A stretch of DNA of 64,000 nucleotides from Salinivirgaceae bacterium. GTDB lineage: Bacteria; Bacteroidota; Bacteroidia; Bacteroidales; SZUA-534. Shown in pieces: positions 51,501 through 59,046 of the stretch; positions within the stretch are counted from its first letter, which is position 1, and every line of letters starts with the position of its first letter. The stretch lies in NCBI GenBank assembly GCA_024405635.1, contig JAKSOL010000011.1:15906-79905 (forward strand), read 5' to 3'. The notes under the pieces were generated by a model that was not told the origin of the DNA, ran no database searches, and saw only the letters and a program-made list of their open reading frames with translations. Made by a program: the position numbers and the translations under genes.

Positions 51501-54497
51501 CAATTTGTAACTATGAGCATTTACTGTTGCGCGGTTTATTGTAAAATCGCCATCAATATCAAATGTGTTATCGTAAAGTCGCTTAATTGCTGCTCCACTG
51601 AAATACATTGCAGGGAAAATGTTGTTGCCATGATAGTTACGAACTAACTGCTCGGTTTCTGCACCATTCATGTGTATTAATGCTCCTGGGGTATGAATAA
51701 AGTCGCATCCAGCATACAGATAAAAGTCGCCGCCCAAGGTTAAAGTATGTGCTCCAAGGTTAATGCTACCTTTGTTTGCTGCTGTAATCAAGTTGCAGTT
51801 TATGTCAATGTCGGTTGCAAAAACCACCGTGTCGTTTTTCAATTTGGTGATATAAAAATCGTAGAAAGGCGAAAGGGTGTTGTCGTCAAGGTCAACGGTT
51901 TGATTGTTGCCCTCACCGTTCATAGTTAAACGGCCGTAACGTTGGTGAAATTTACTACCATTTGCGCTTGTCCAGTTGCCTGTTATGTAAATGTAACGGT
52001 TGTCGGCATTAAATTCCACGCCTGAGTTAATTGTAAGATTACCATTAACATACATTGTTCCGTTAAGTGTTTTTACATCGGAACCCGATAGAATAACATT
52101 TGGCAGTGTTGTTGCGCTTATAGCTTGGTTTTCGCCATTAAAAATTACTTGGCTTGTTGGTTTGTAGCTCACATTTGCTGTAGCTAGTTTCCAGTCGCCC
52201 GAAATGTTAATGGTTTGACCGTCGTCCATAACAAGCACTGGAGTGTAACCTGTTGATGCCACCCATCCTTTTATGTCGATACCATCGGAAAGAATTTTTT
52301 TGCCGGTTCCGTAAAGTGCTAAGTTACCGTAAGTAACATCGCCAGGAATTATTTGGTCGCTGTTGTGGCGGTCAAATTGCACGTAACTATTTGATTTAAG
52401 CGATACCGATGCAAACGACTCAACCATTTGTTTAAAACCATCGGTACTGCTGGTACGTATGCGGCAATTGTCGTTCAACACTATGGTGTTGTCGTCGCTA
52501 CCATCGCCAAGCATTACTTCGTCATCAAGGTCTAATGCCAAATAAAGCACGTCGTTTGTACTAGTAGTTTTTACTTCAAGTTTGCCGCCTACTATTACTC
52601 TACCTTTTCCACTTAAGTATTTTGCTTGAGCTGCTGTTGGGTCAACTGCTGCCAAGGTCAAATTATTGAACTCATACATACTATTGTTGCGGCAATAAAT
52701 GTATTGTGTGGTTGAACCTGGAGCTGCCATTGTTATTTCGCCTTGCGAAATCAAATGACTACAACGTGTTGGGTAATTGTTGTCGGGATTATCGGCAATG
52801 TTGCCTGCCACCGAGTGACTAAAGTCGCCAAAGTCGAAAATTGCCTCCTCGTTTGCTGTTGAGTTAAGTGTTAACGAGCCTTTAATTTCAAGTGGACCGT
52901 CAACTGTTTTGCTTTTGTAGCTTAAAATCAAATGTCCGTAAGTTCCTCCTCTCACCACTTGGTCATAGTTGGCATCGTAGTATGTGTTTGATGTAGAAGA
53001 CATGTTAATGTTGCCAAAACCTGACGGATAACCATCTTGCGCACGAATGTAAAGGGCTGCTACGTTATTAATTGATAGAGTTTTGTCTGGTTGACCAATC
53101 AGTTTTGCATTGTAGTAAGTGTCTAAATCAGATTTATACGAGCCATTTACCATAAGATAGCCCGTTTCAACATTAATGTTTCCTGTGGCTATCATAATGT
53201 CGCCTGGTGCAATATTTACGCTTCCTGTAACTGTAATGTCGGCTCCATCGGTAATCGAAAACTCACCAAAGTATTCTGGTTTTTGGTCGTAATATCGACG
53301 CAAAGTACCACCCGTAAGAGTAATGTGGCTAGTGATGTCCATTTTACCAAAAACTGATATTGATGCAAAACTATGCTCATAGGTTGAAGCGTCATCAACC
53401 AAACGAGTAGAGTTCCACACTCGAGTTTGATCAACTACCGTTAAGTTTCCTTTTATTGTTTTTGTTCCCTTAATATCAAAATCGGTAATTGGATTGCCTT
53501 TTAACTCTTTGGAGTGTAACGACAATGCGTAGAATTGAACATCGCCATCAAGTGTAAGTGTTTGGTCGCCATCGTCTGATGCTGCTATACTATTTTCGGC
53601 ATATCCGCGCGAGAAATAGGTCCAATCAGCTGTTGCTTCATATTTACTGCCTGCTTCAACTGTAAAGTCGCCATAAAAGTGAACTCCATAACAAGTGGTT
53701 ACTGTTGTGTTGTTGCTTATTGTAAATTTGTCGGTAATGTAAAGGTTGCTACCTAATACCACATAGCCTCCTCCATTAACATTTACTTTTCCGAAATAGT
53801 CTTTTGAATTTGTTGATGTAATGTTTTGTACTGTTGAGCCATCAAAGTTTACAGTACTATTTTTTCCATTAAATGTTCCTTTGTTTGAAAAAGAACCTGC
53901 TATACTAATGGTTTGTGAACCAACATTAAAGGTGCCCTCATTTACCATTGAACCATCAATGTTCAAATTAGTTGCCAATGTTATGGTTCCAGACTTAACT
54001 TGCAAGTTATTAAGGTTATATGTGCCAGAGCCTCCAATTGTTTGGTTCCCGCTTAGAATTACATTTACGTTTTGTGCCGAATTGTTACGCAAGTTCATTT
54101 TTCCGTTGTTCACTATACCACCATTAACTTCAATGGTATGCGATGCCTCAAATTCAGCTACTGTAATTTCACCGTTTGTCCCTATAGTAAGAGCACCTTT
54201 AACCACCATGTTTTTTGACGATGCTTCCTTGCCAAAAGTCAGTTTACCATTAATGGTAGCTGCTGTAACATTGGCGCTATCATTAAACACCACTTCATGA
54301 CCTTCAGCAACAACAAACGAATGCAATCCGCTAATCAAATCGGCCGCTGTGGGATGCGCTCCTCCATTTGACCAAATGCTAACGTTATTCCAATCGCCGC
54401 TTGTTGTTGTAGTATATGTGTTTTGCGAAAAAACAGTTTGAAAAGAGAAAAACAAGACAGCAACAAAGCTAGCCTTCAATAATTTGCAAGTATTCAT
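39543..54497 (-). CDS. Giant (4984 aa) T9SS-secreted beta-helical surface protein / putative adhesin
   Basis: Signal peptide ending VFS-Q; G/N/T-rich beta-helix repeats; recurring WTG..DW...NW motifs; PLPIELVSF Ig-like domain; type A T9SS CTD (IVPNP...GAYIIKI...IFVVQ). Confidence 0.9.
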   Translation of the reverse strand: MNTCKLLKASFVAVLFFSFQTVFSQNTYTTTTSGDWNNVSIWSNGGAHPTAADLISGLHSFVVAEGHEVVFNDSANVTAATINGKLTFGKEASSKNMVVKGALTIGTNGEITVAEFEASHTIEVNGGIVNNGKMNLRNNSAQNVNVILSGNQTIGGSGTYNLNNLQVKSGTITLATNLNIDGSMVNEGTFNVGSQTISIAGSFSNKGTFNGKNSTVNFDGSTVQNITSTNSKDYFGKVNVNGGGYVVLGSNLYITDKFTISNNTTVTTCYGVHFYGDFTVEAGSKYEATADWTYFSRGYAENSIAASDDGDQTLTLDGDVQFYALSLHSKELKGNPITDFDIKGTKTIKGNLTVVDQTRVWNSTRLVDDASTYEHSFASISVFGKMDITSHITLTGGTLRRYYDQKPEYFGEFSITDGADITVTGSVNIAPGDIMIATGNINVETGYLMVNGSYKSDLDTYYNAKLIGQPDKTLSINNVAALYIRAQDGYPSGFGNINMSSTSNTYYDANYDQVVRGGTYGHLILSYKSKTVDGPLEIKGSLTLNSTANEEAIFDFGDFSHSVAGNIADNPDNNYPTRCSHLISQGEITMAAPGSTTQYIYCRNNSMYEFNNLTLAAVDPTAAQAKYLSGKGRVIVGGKLEVKTTSTNDVLYLALDLDDEVMLGDGSDDNTIVLNDNCRIRTSSTDGFKQMVESFASVSLKSNSYVQFDRHNSDQIIPGDVTYGNLALYGTGKKILSDGIDIKGWVASTGYTPVLVMDDGQTINISGDWKLATANVSYKPTSQVIFNGENQAISATTLPNVILSGSDVKTLNGTMYVNGNLTINSGVEFNADNRYIYITGNWTSANGSKFHQRYGRLTMNGEGNNQTVDLDDNTLSPFYDFYITKLKNDTVVFATDIDINCNLITAANKGSINLGAHTLTLGGDFYLYAGCDFIHTPGALIHMNGAETEQLVRNYHGNNIFPAMYFSGAAIKRLYDNTFDIDGDFTINRATVNAHSYKLLISGNWVNNGGSFLHSSEVVFDGDDQMIDNSDFYTVRISGTGVKKLNGHINLTGALYIDPTGTLDVSPDGGSSCYNITLNGAWRNNLWNDARTQTGTFIPREGTVSLVGNNSQLYTGDSLDIDGVGREGKAFYNLVINKNTESTYVQLYPVSKASNSKIKEYQNDLTVLSDFTIKAGIFYSYWNHMAFYGNVINEAGNFNMNSHYTGATENGANGYPHMYLRGTEGEIFQFDPGPTHTVRQIILNNGAKYNLMSKVQVDGSSVDSLLWIKKGELCLNHNTLNMNSSQGQIHVGKGGVLTIDSDAVLGMYSTRSLFNKGGRINLIGTEQAPARIEPAITGHYYKIVQTAGVFAAKYYKIEGTRDEGILISGGSIDPTYNFSNGSLANMTGTSATSAMMTLTGLDLGAGIIIDNLSFISANGQPKYNVVRTSGNGTVTFTNFSGTRGGSMYEKDCADDLIRWNVPDGYVWTNASGDKNWHNPENWSGHQVPTNETDVILDNSQLAVPYEIIISQGLAKSRHLTLNDKVTLTIAAADGITDNGLEVFGDFTMKSGSVLNQNAGNNSLKLRGSWSNVGNYVKDENAVATMYMDEGLHSLTFSNTAANTQKLANLVVDGSGGILTLSSTININGNVTIAGAHFNASNNRIYIGGDWTVETDGEFDPDRSVIYFNNADAEKKQVINGGTFYDIHFQGAATKEIAANLNIKHDLYIENEATVDGKTNFIFMSGTSRWYNYVGPDAFDQTGGGTVVFSGGAGYIGLSYNVETQTRKTQSTTFNNLWFQGSSTKYCYDSILIKGNLNIYSGTGFCIENMGSINGVGTASQFNMTGGEFYIHGYDNFPKNISSFDFSGGTVRYSDEHDQVIQPADYYSLYVYNHDHVTFNGTNEKTLLGDITVRGSLYVNDSLTILNVDSHTITLTGGIGTANKCHQIKWGDNGTVVQVGTGWSIDSRLTDFCNIEKQGTGNLTANNNLKMTGNLILADETNLNMQAYTIKCIADDKTFKIGNSSWLYSYVADTAGVAFPEGFAHYDIAESNTTYIRGTSNQTIFAGVEYGSLLLYDNYVRTIRPDGELHVRGTFREYANDIIFEDNGFDLFFGGATNEFRQYQASSTVHFIGDVDQTIIAEGAYTSLNFKNVEVGGSGTKEFNETNINITGNLTINEGSKFSTNDNVFFSGERIDNHGELYHYGGMFNFCGELPQTINAGTNNIYALNVAPNADVTISGNGLDIGNGTFTIGANATLDMGALSHTIASAQIALGDNCTWRTELANLTFDRAGDQDIPALTCQDIRFANTSTKWMNGDITVNNLTVDEGIGFRTCRSGSNAYTITVNGNWENNGSFYSYDGTVLFESPSVASKTIKTNTSYFNVVKFNQTNTEDATFAQLDQLGFKESMTIGRGAKVLLNSNIMIAGDNDPDMVEAPYVTDGESIVVEVGGELNINERASLQFNQYDGNTHLDVYGKLTVVGSSSDYAIIGRSVGYDGRGTEINIHPGGEIAAKYYHIQYLAPQGLVVMPGARVNNDYNFSSGIWSNMYTSKTFTSPVDKVTVYDKFYYLDLNIDYELPPIVDVVFNHGGTPTVGYHYNVKRSETLENAITFDGQINGILGGETYECDLADKINWPTVSVITWTGKVSSDWFNPQNWQPAICPNRDKSVVIPMATNAPAIYKEGAECKDLTLTNGMLSIERGIREFNIYGSVNIGDGGVFSVEDDVCIKVANAWTIASHGHFIANNSTVSFDGESGNVNITPRKSNFNNVEFNGGATFSLIGTTINFDGNFTINRGKVTPATSSYTYNIKGNYKIADEGQFNSSINTGWVKFCGADQTIVNGNFNRVKFSESGTKTLSGTFNTYYTNNTLSNNELGTYSTLWVDAGATLSVAPGCELEIKGNVLIDASATFNDGGNTHHFRGYCWSGAGNYVGTGTIVFDGGTQYLYASNFHNLEFGRRSATDNQYKYLRGDINVNGNLTISSYYVDLDVYTITGPGVFDHLENSRVYAKGADNYPRFSDYTATTTSYTYYTGAVDQVIRAATYGYLYLSSTTTKTLEGDITILKDLTFNENGGTLNADGKNITIGQNWNNRTNGTFIPGTGTVFFNGNTNQYVYLGTQVENPFYDINISQVVGATKIYVYFYTTDVIIKGSLTINSGNMYCYNGYNVYLSGDMMVIGSGSIYQTGIYHFIKPNGECMIRTNGSKIREAVINGENCSFKLADDLEIVTNFTLQAGKFYQNGNDVKFGDGYDNVNIFGKYYMQAGETMRLSDQTTVAVKNGGLISIIGTQSNYANITSITTGRYFFVVENGGNIAIQNYSFSNLAKTGVLISQGAKIDDYYNFSNGVFTGMVSGGACIDFRNNQEFYGDRESGGNRIENISFPQNPGGGCVNIKKTESSTGKIEMYNATGLLSGAKFENDTYNLVDWTGDVTLTWTGARNDDWFNPANWTSSDGAERIPDEHSIVVIPRSRGGFLPYIKKQGAITKGLTVEANGMLFINNNVKDTIALTVLSDVTLNGTIQSSGSYDNIDVFGSWALGTYGTFIPNAEGLGTISFLGVGAKNIQQRSSKFNNLVINNNGIVQILSKTSINGNLTIENGTLDVTSSNYEIVLGGSFINNGNFVARSAAITFTGTSGNIINSGRSSFYNMNLNGGDYHLDSDLHIDHILSINAGSLSATANTIYLGDGTGADKADINGKLYLSSDATLAVGANAAINVMSGGLLSAIGEENHEAIFCSQENNKYYSITINAGGEMQASYYKVSNINVNGVCFKEGSILSTDQTRNLSNGQFIGGQPGGQYLTFENSFSGTINLVNLFFNKGPRYNVSRNESATTGVINVVDAIGVVAGYYFENDNSSATTGAVTWSYTSAVLYWVGGNHWGGDEVSAVDPRGNRWDNANNWDNQLGSGGVPNEDTRVFIPDVSAGSNIYPVLAAGTDNSAQSIDVYPGATLTIGGGMDLNVLNSLSIAENATFVASDGINPSTITIGAQLSNNGHFDHGGSSTVVWKSSVNRNIEMNGNSFYNFEVNNVGASQVTFTLEPGFDMEIENDFVISGGIVDCNGTTLIIGGNFEKTSGEFRHGRGTVKLNGAAAQQISSNNDLTFYNLIISGSGAKTINPNITILGDFSPWADIQVPTADIMVKGGWLGSARGGYANNFHGGTGKVIFCGTANQSITKAETFTNLVFNSTASTPAFTATQAITITNSLELIDGVLKGNTSNPVKLLAGCTITGASQQSYINGKVEKVGSDDFIFPIGSSDRYAPIGVSDLGTATTLSAQYFNSSPSNIDKMDRMINRLSGKEYWTINRTSGSAVPKVSLYWLDSDYSEIADVDVISVSRYNETVGKWQTQGEQEDQDVHSIPEGGDYSAGYVATENPVEGFGAFTFGYTYPTIKWNVASTTTDYENGSSWVMNKPNYAPNSTTNVLIPAIADNQKHPIITNNVSACYDLIVEAGGKFELAAGKTFTVHGNASIAEGAELILGEGSTIIFSRDVDAGNATVSAAHASTVKISTEYEQNVAINECYNIVLSGGKNAREVAYKTLTSDIVVKGSLTLGTNTNLYAGSNTISLYGNWSTSGRFECQTSTLVLCGSTDGTTPQTITETRKFYNLTIHDHLEPEEPRVLLTTNSQVKIEHTLDLVNGIVRTSAGKEISMESTSTLRNGGIKSYIDGSMQKTGSTDFVFPIGSDGIYAPIGIWGLTGGTSATFAAQYSSGGHARMEVDQSNGMFRAGVIEYWSLSRSGSGNPYITLYWQDTARSQISDHEKLCVAVAEDSKWKNKGRTSSQLNGDLTGFVKSASKISFVPPYGSKAATPTPITFGSLDADVNPLPIELVSFNVSARGTNDAIVEWETATEHNNHHFSVEHRFASTIDTVATVASLGETESGFNYSCFILNQTNGTHYYRLLQTDNDGTTRVSSDWVSVTFGSQTQQLNLSIVPNPGKAEQIKFTISGVTGEFTYTVCNAYGATIISKTAMVTDSVVELSAADWNLTQGAYIIKITTSNNSLTQIFVVQ

Positions 54498-54713
54498 AGT
54501 AGTACTAATATAATTGGGCGAAAATATTGAAAACCTACACGCGCGTGCGCGAGTTATTTGTGAAAAGCAGTTTTTGTAGGACTAAATAAGGTTTTTTGTT
54601 TATTACATTTTTTTTGCGCCAAAACCCTATGTTATTCTATATTCTACTAATTGAAATTGTTGCCAATTAAAATGCTAACATTTTTGTAACCTTATCTAAA
54701 GGTTTTTATACAC

Positions 54714-54761
54714 AAAAAAGAAGAGCCATTTTGCTGTATTTCAACAAAATAGCTCTTCTTT
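54714..54761 (-). terminator. Intrinsic terminator of the nusB-djlA gene run
   Basis: AAAAAAGAAGAGC-C-ATTTTG...CAAAAT-A-GCTCTTCTTT; U-tract on the minus strand. Confidence 0.75.
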
Positions 54762-54785
54762 CAATTTAATATTAGCCTATTATGA

Positions 54786-55541
54786 TCAGGCGAAATTTCG
54801 CTCTTTTTTAATGCTTTCGTAGGCCTCTTGTATTTTTTGGAATTTCTCTTTTGCCGCTTTTTGTACATCCTCGCCAAGGTAAGCAACTTTGTCAGGGTGG
54901 TTTTCAACTGCCATTTTTCGGTAAGCCTTTTTAATTTCATCGTTTGTGGCATTTGGTGTTAACCCCAAAATGTTGTACGCATTTTCAGTTGTTTTTTGAG
55001 CTTCAACAATAAACATAGCCTTTATCGAACGATAGTCGGCTGCCGAAATGCCCATTGACGATGCAATACGCTCAATAACTGCCACTTCCGATGGCGCAAT
55101 TTCGCGGTCGGCTGCAGCTATTCCAAACAAGAAATGCAACAATTGTAAACGCGACGAATAGTCAAGGTTCATACCTATTTGACGACTCACTTCGTCAACT
55201 GGAATGTTTTGCTTTAGTACATCGCGCAACATCAAAATGGCATCTTGAGCTGCACTGCCAAAGGTTCGCACATAAAATGCTTTCACATAGTCAAGTTCGC
55301 TTGTCTTTACTTTGCCGTCGGCTTTCATAACTGCCGCGGTTAGCACTATTAGGCTTACGCGAAAATCGCCGTGAGTTGTTTGTCGGCCACTTGCTTTCCC
55401 TTCGCTTCCTAATTGCCCATTTCGGCTTGCTGTTGTTTGCACTTCCTCAATAGCCGAACCAATTAAATATCCTACTATGCCTCCAAGTGGGCCACATAAA
55501 ACCCAACCTAAGCCTCCACCAATCCACTTTCCAAAACCCAT
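54786..55541 (-). CDS. djlA: DjlA-like co-chaperone (TM + TerB + J domain)
   Basis: N-terminal GKWIGGGLGW; VMKADG TerB motif; J-domain HPD (ENHPDK). Confidence 0.85.
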   Translation of the reverse strand: MGFGKWIGGGLGWVLCGPLGGIVGYLIGSAIEEVQTTASRNGQLGSEGKASGRQTTHGDFRVSLIVLTAAVMKADGKVKTSELDYVKAFYVRTFGSAAQDAILMLRDVLKQNIPVDEVSRQIGMNLDYSSRLQLLHFLFGIAAADREIAPSEVAVIERIASSMGISAADYRSIKAMFIVEAQKTTENAYNILGLTPNATNDEIKKAYRKMAVENHPDKVAYLGEDVQKAAKEKFQKIQEAYESIKKERNFA

Positions 55542-55543
55542 AT

Positions 55544-56125
55544 TCAGTTTTTTGTTTTTAGTTTTGTTAACAATTCATCTATTTGGCTATCAACATCTTC
55601 GCCATTGTTTACAATAACGTAATCGGCCATTTCTGCCATCTTTTCGTTTGATAGTTGATTGGCCATTCGAGCCTCAACTTGCTGTTGTGTGCTTGCATCG
55701 CGTTGCATCACTCGGTTTATTCGCACTTGTTGCGATGCTACAACAGCAACCACAGCATCGCATAGTTCACTCAGTTGGCTTCCAAACAATATTGCCGACT
55801 CGGCTGCTACAATTTCTGATTGTTGTTGTTTGCACCACTGGGCAAAATGAGCATTAACAATTGGGTGCACTAGTGCGTTAACCCATTGCAATTCTGCCTT
55901 GTTAGCGAAAATAATATCAGCTAAAGCCTTACGATTAAGTTGCCCGTTGACATATATCTGCGTGCCATAACGCGCTTTATATGCATTTATTATTTGTTGG
56001 TTAGTGTTATTTAGGCTCTTTGCCTCAACATCGGCGTTGTAAACTGGGACACCGCGTTGAGCTAGTTTTTGCGCCACATAACTCTTTCCACTACCTATTC
56101 CGCCTGTTATTCCAAGAATTATCAT
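55544..56125 (-). CDS. coaE: Dephospho-CoA kinase
   Basis: GITGGIGSGKS, LNRKALADIIF, VHPIV, ESAILF, RVMQRD. Confidence 0.95.
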   Translation of the reverse strand: MIILGITGGIGSGKSYVAQKLAQRGVPVYNADVEAKSLNNTNQQIINAYKARYGTQIYVNGQLNRKALADIIFANKAELQWVNALVHPIVNAHFAQWCKQQQSEIVAAESAILFGSQLSELCDAVVAVVASQQVRINRVMQRDASTQQQVEARMANQLSNEKMAEMADYVIVNNGEDVDSQIDELLTKLKTKN

Positions 56126-57104
56126 CTTGTCTCTCTATAATCAAATCGACCACTGCTGGCGTTATACTCACGTTGTACACTCCTTCAGGACTGCGCACCA
56201 TGTCAACAGCTTGTTGTAAACTGTGCATCTTAGCAGTGTTGTTTGCGTCAACCTCAACCCTAAAATCGTTTTTGTTTACAATATCATACTCAACCAAAGG
56301 AACCATAAACTGCACTGTCACTTCCGAAGGAACGGCTCTAACATGCTGTTTATCGGTTGTATCAATTACATTTACTGGCAGTTTTAGTATTTTTTCAGTG
56401 AATTTTGAAACTGGCACTGCCAATGTTACTTTATTCTGCCGGATTGTAATGTTCTTAATTTGTTGCAGTTCAACTTCTTGCAACACATTTTTCTTTATAT
56501 GAGTTATTGCTATTGGCTTGGTGTTTATTGCTTGCAATGTGTCAAGCAAAATTGATGGGCCATCAACCCATACCGAATCGGGCATAAGCAACACATCGCC
56601 AAACACTTGACATTGACGCTCAAAACCAAGTTTAACTTTGTTTTGTACTGGCACTTTTTTGCTGCTAAAGTTTGAAAACAACAGCCTTATTGTGTCGGGC
56701 TGAAAACGAGAAAGCGACATCTCAACTGGCAGTTGCGACTGAATGTCTTCGGTTATTCTGTCGGTATAGAGCAAATACTCGCGAGTTTCTTCTTTTTGCA
56801 GTTCGCCCACAAACCGCAACATATCAATGTTTAGCGTTGGTTTAGCCTTCCATTTATATTGCAGCATGTCGTAGCCACGACCTTGAACTGTAAGTGTGGC
56901 TTCGGGTGGCAAGTTATTTATAACCACTTTTTGCGTGGGCACATTTTTTAGTTGAATTGGGTAATTAACGTGCGTAACAATGTCGCTATTGAGCCTATTG
57001 AATAGCCACAACATTATTGATAGCACAAAAAACATCATATACACAAGTATGCGCTTGTATATACGAGGTTTAGTTGAGTTGATGTGTTTATGATTTGTGC
57101 CCAA
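56091..57104 (-). CDS. YbbR-like domain membrane protein
   Basis: N-terminal TM helix (FFVLSIMLWLF), PDSVWVDGP, FTEK; usual yajC-ybbR-coaE context; TTG start uncertain. Confidence 0.8.
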   Translation of the reverse strand: MGTNHKHINSTKPRIYKRILVYMMFFVLSIMLWLFNRLNSDIVTHVNYPIQLKNVPTQKVVINNLPPEATLTVQGRGYDMLQYKWKAKPTLNIDMLRFVGELQKEETREYLLYTDRITEDIQSQLPVEMSLSRFQPDTIRLLFSNFSSKKVPVQNKVKLGFERQCQVFGDVLLMPDSVWVDGPSILLDTLQAINTKPIAITHIKKNVLQEVELQQIKNITIRQNKVTLAVPVSKFTEKILKLPVNVIDTTDKQHVRAVPSEVTVQFMVPLVEYDIVNKNDFRVEVDANNTAKMHSLQQAVDMVRSPEGVYNVSITPAVVDLIIERQDDNSWNNRRNR

Positions 57105-57113
57105 TGTTGAAAT

Positions 57114-57162
57114 AAAAAACGCGGTTCAATGTGCCAAAAATAGGCAAAATGTAAACCGCGTT
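57114..57162 (-). terminator. Hairpin/terminator after yajC
   Basis: AACGCGGTT...AACCGCGTT stem with a long imperfect loop and a minus-strand U-tract. Confidence 0.5.
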
Positions 57163-57182
57163 GATTAAGTTTTAAAAAACCA

Positions 57183-57512
57183 TTATTTGGCTTCAGTAGC
57201 CATATCGGTGTTGTCTTTTATCAAACCCGATTTGTCAATTTTTATTGTAACGTTTGGTGCTATTTCCAACATTACTGTGGTATCTTTTACTTCTTGAATA
57301 CGACCATATACTCCACTAACTGTCAATACTTTATCGCCTTTTTTCAATCCTTCGCGAAACTCGCGAATTTCTTTTTGGCGTTTGTTTTGTGGACGAATCA
57401 TAAAGAAATAGAAAATGGCAATGATTAGTACCAACATAATAAGTGAGCTACCACCACCTTGTGCTTGTTCTGCTCCTGCTGGAGCCATTAAAAAAATGTT
57501 AAGTAAATTCAT
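57183..57512 (-). CDS. yajC: Preprotein translocase subunit YajC
   Basis: FYFFMIRPQNKRQK, LKKGDKVLTVSGVYG. Confidence 0.95.
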   Translation of the reverse strand: MNLLNIFLMAPAGAEQAQGGGSSLIMLVLIIAIFYFFMIRPQNKRQKEIREFREGLKKGDKVLTVSGVYGRIQEVKDTTVMLEIAPNVTIKIDKSGLIKDNTDMATEAK

Positions 57513-57521
57513 AATGTTAAT

Positions 57522-57926
57522 TTATTTTGATGTGTCAATATTAGCAAAAAATTTTAGCGTAACCTTTTCGTCGCTTGCATTTGTCCATACGTTAACTGTT
57601 TTTATTTGTCGGCCTTCGCGTCCAATGCTATTAAATTCCACTTCAATTTTTCCACTATCGCCTGGGTGAATTGGCTGTTCGGGATATTTGGCTAACGTGC
57701 AACCGCAACTTGCCGACACATCGGTTATCAGTAAATCGGCATTACCAATGTTGCGAAAAACAAATGCGTGGTTCACCACTTCGCCTTGCAAAAGATTGCC
57801 AAAGGTGTGTGTGGTATTTTCAAAATGTATAATAGGTGTACCGTTGTTTTGTTTGTTTGTTGAGTTTTTATTGACACAACTAGCAAACACCATTAATAAT
57901 GTAAATAGTACAACGGCTTTTTTCAT
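57522..57926 (-). CDS. DUF1573 lipoprotein
   Basis: Lipobox FASC; HTFG, FRNIGNADLLI, ASCGCT, PIHPGDSG. Confidence 0.9.
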   Translation of the reverse strand: MKKAVVLFTLLMVFASCVNKNSTNKQNNGTPIIHFENTTHTFGNLLQGEVVNHAFVFRNIGNADLLITDVSASCGCTLAKYPEQPIHPGDSGKIEVEFNSIGREGRQIKTVNVWTNASDEKVTLKFFANIDTSK

Positions 57927-58949
57927 CTATTTTAAGTTTTTCTCTATCAATCCACGACCTGTTTTGTGAATTCGGTTTTCGCTCTTCAGCTTTTTCACCA
58001 TAATGTCGAGTATGCCGTTAATGAATGCGCTACTGTTTTCGGTGCTATAGAATTTTGCAAGATCGATGTACTCGTTCATGCTCACGTTTACTGGTATGCT
58101 TTCAAAAACGGTTATTTCTGACAATGCCATTTCAAGAATATTCTTGTCGATATTGGTTAATCGCTCCCAATCCCAGTTGCGCAACACACCTCTAATGGTT
58201 TCAAGGTTTTGTGAGTGATGCTGAATGGTTTCGTCGAGCAAGGTGGTTGCAAATTCCTCGTCGTCTTTGTTTTTGTATAGTTTCATCAACTTTATTTCGG
58301 TGGCCGACTCTTTTGTGCGTTCAAGTGTTTGAATGTTCATGCTCAGCACAAACTCAATGTCGTCGTTCCAATAAACCGAGCGTTCTTCAAGTAATTCGTA
58401 TAACGACTCGTTGTTTTCAAGGCTTTTCAACAATCCAATAATGAATTTTCGGTCGGCATCGTAACTATCTTCGCTACCGTTCATGTATGCTTTGTAGGCA
58501 TCGGTTTCAATCATTGTACGAAACAAGTCGGCAACTAGTTTTTGGTTGTCTGATGTTTCTAATTCTTTAGCTTGTTTCTTTTGTGCTTTTGTTTCGGTTG
58601 AATTAAGATTCAACGGTGCTTCGTTCCATGTTAGCGTGCTATCCATCAACGCTTTAGTGTTTAGCAATTGTGCTATCACACGGTTATTTACAAAACGTTG
58701 GTTTGGATTTTCAACACGGTTAACTGCCAAACGTTTTTCTTTTAGTTCGTTATTGTAGTTATCGGCAAATTTTTGGAGGTCAATCAGCAAAAGAAAAACC
58801 AACTGATAAAGAGTGTATGAACGGTCGATGCTGCGTTGCAATTCGTGGCGAGCACGTCGCAAGTCCGATTCTGTTTCAACATCGTAAAACGCATTGTATG
58901 CATAAAGGGTTTGTAGAACCTTGATGCGGAGTAGTCTTCTGCTAATCAT
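57927..58949 (-). CDS. nusB: Transcription antitermination factor NusB (long Bacteroidetes form)
   Basis: MISRRLLRIKVLQTLYA, NWDWERL, VSMNEYIDLAKFYST, FINGILD; -7 box TACCTTTG at 58984-58991 (minus). Confidence 0.93.
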   Translation of the reverse strand: MISRRLLRIKVLQTLYAYNAFYDVETESDLRRARHELQRSIDRSYTLYQLVFLLLIDLQKFADNYNNELKEKRLAVNRVENPNQRFVNNRVIAQLLNTKALMDSTLTWNEAPLNLNSTETKAQKKQAKELETSDNQKLVADLFRTMIETDAYKAYMNGSEDSYDADRKFIIGLLKSLENNESLYELLEERSVYWNDDIEFVLSMNIQTLERTKESATEIKLMKLYKNKDDEEFATTLLDETIQHHSQNLETIRGVLRNWDWERLTNIDKNILEMALSEITVFESIPVNVSMNEYIDLAKFYSTENSSAFINGILDIMVKKLKSENRIHKTGRGLIEKNLK

Positions 58950-59046
58950 TTTATAGAGCCTTTTATTGTTTTATTATCGGGTGCAAAGGTAAAAATTTGA
59001 GCAATTATTTGTTACGTGTTTTTTTGCAATGTGGCGTTGGTGTAAA

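Noticed and set aside
39990-54300. Numerous 60-190 aa plus-strand ORFs
   Set aside because: Antisense shadows of the giant T9SS gene, explained by its biased codon composition.
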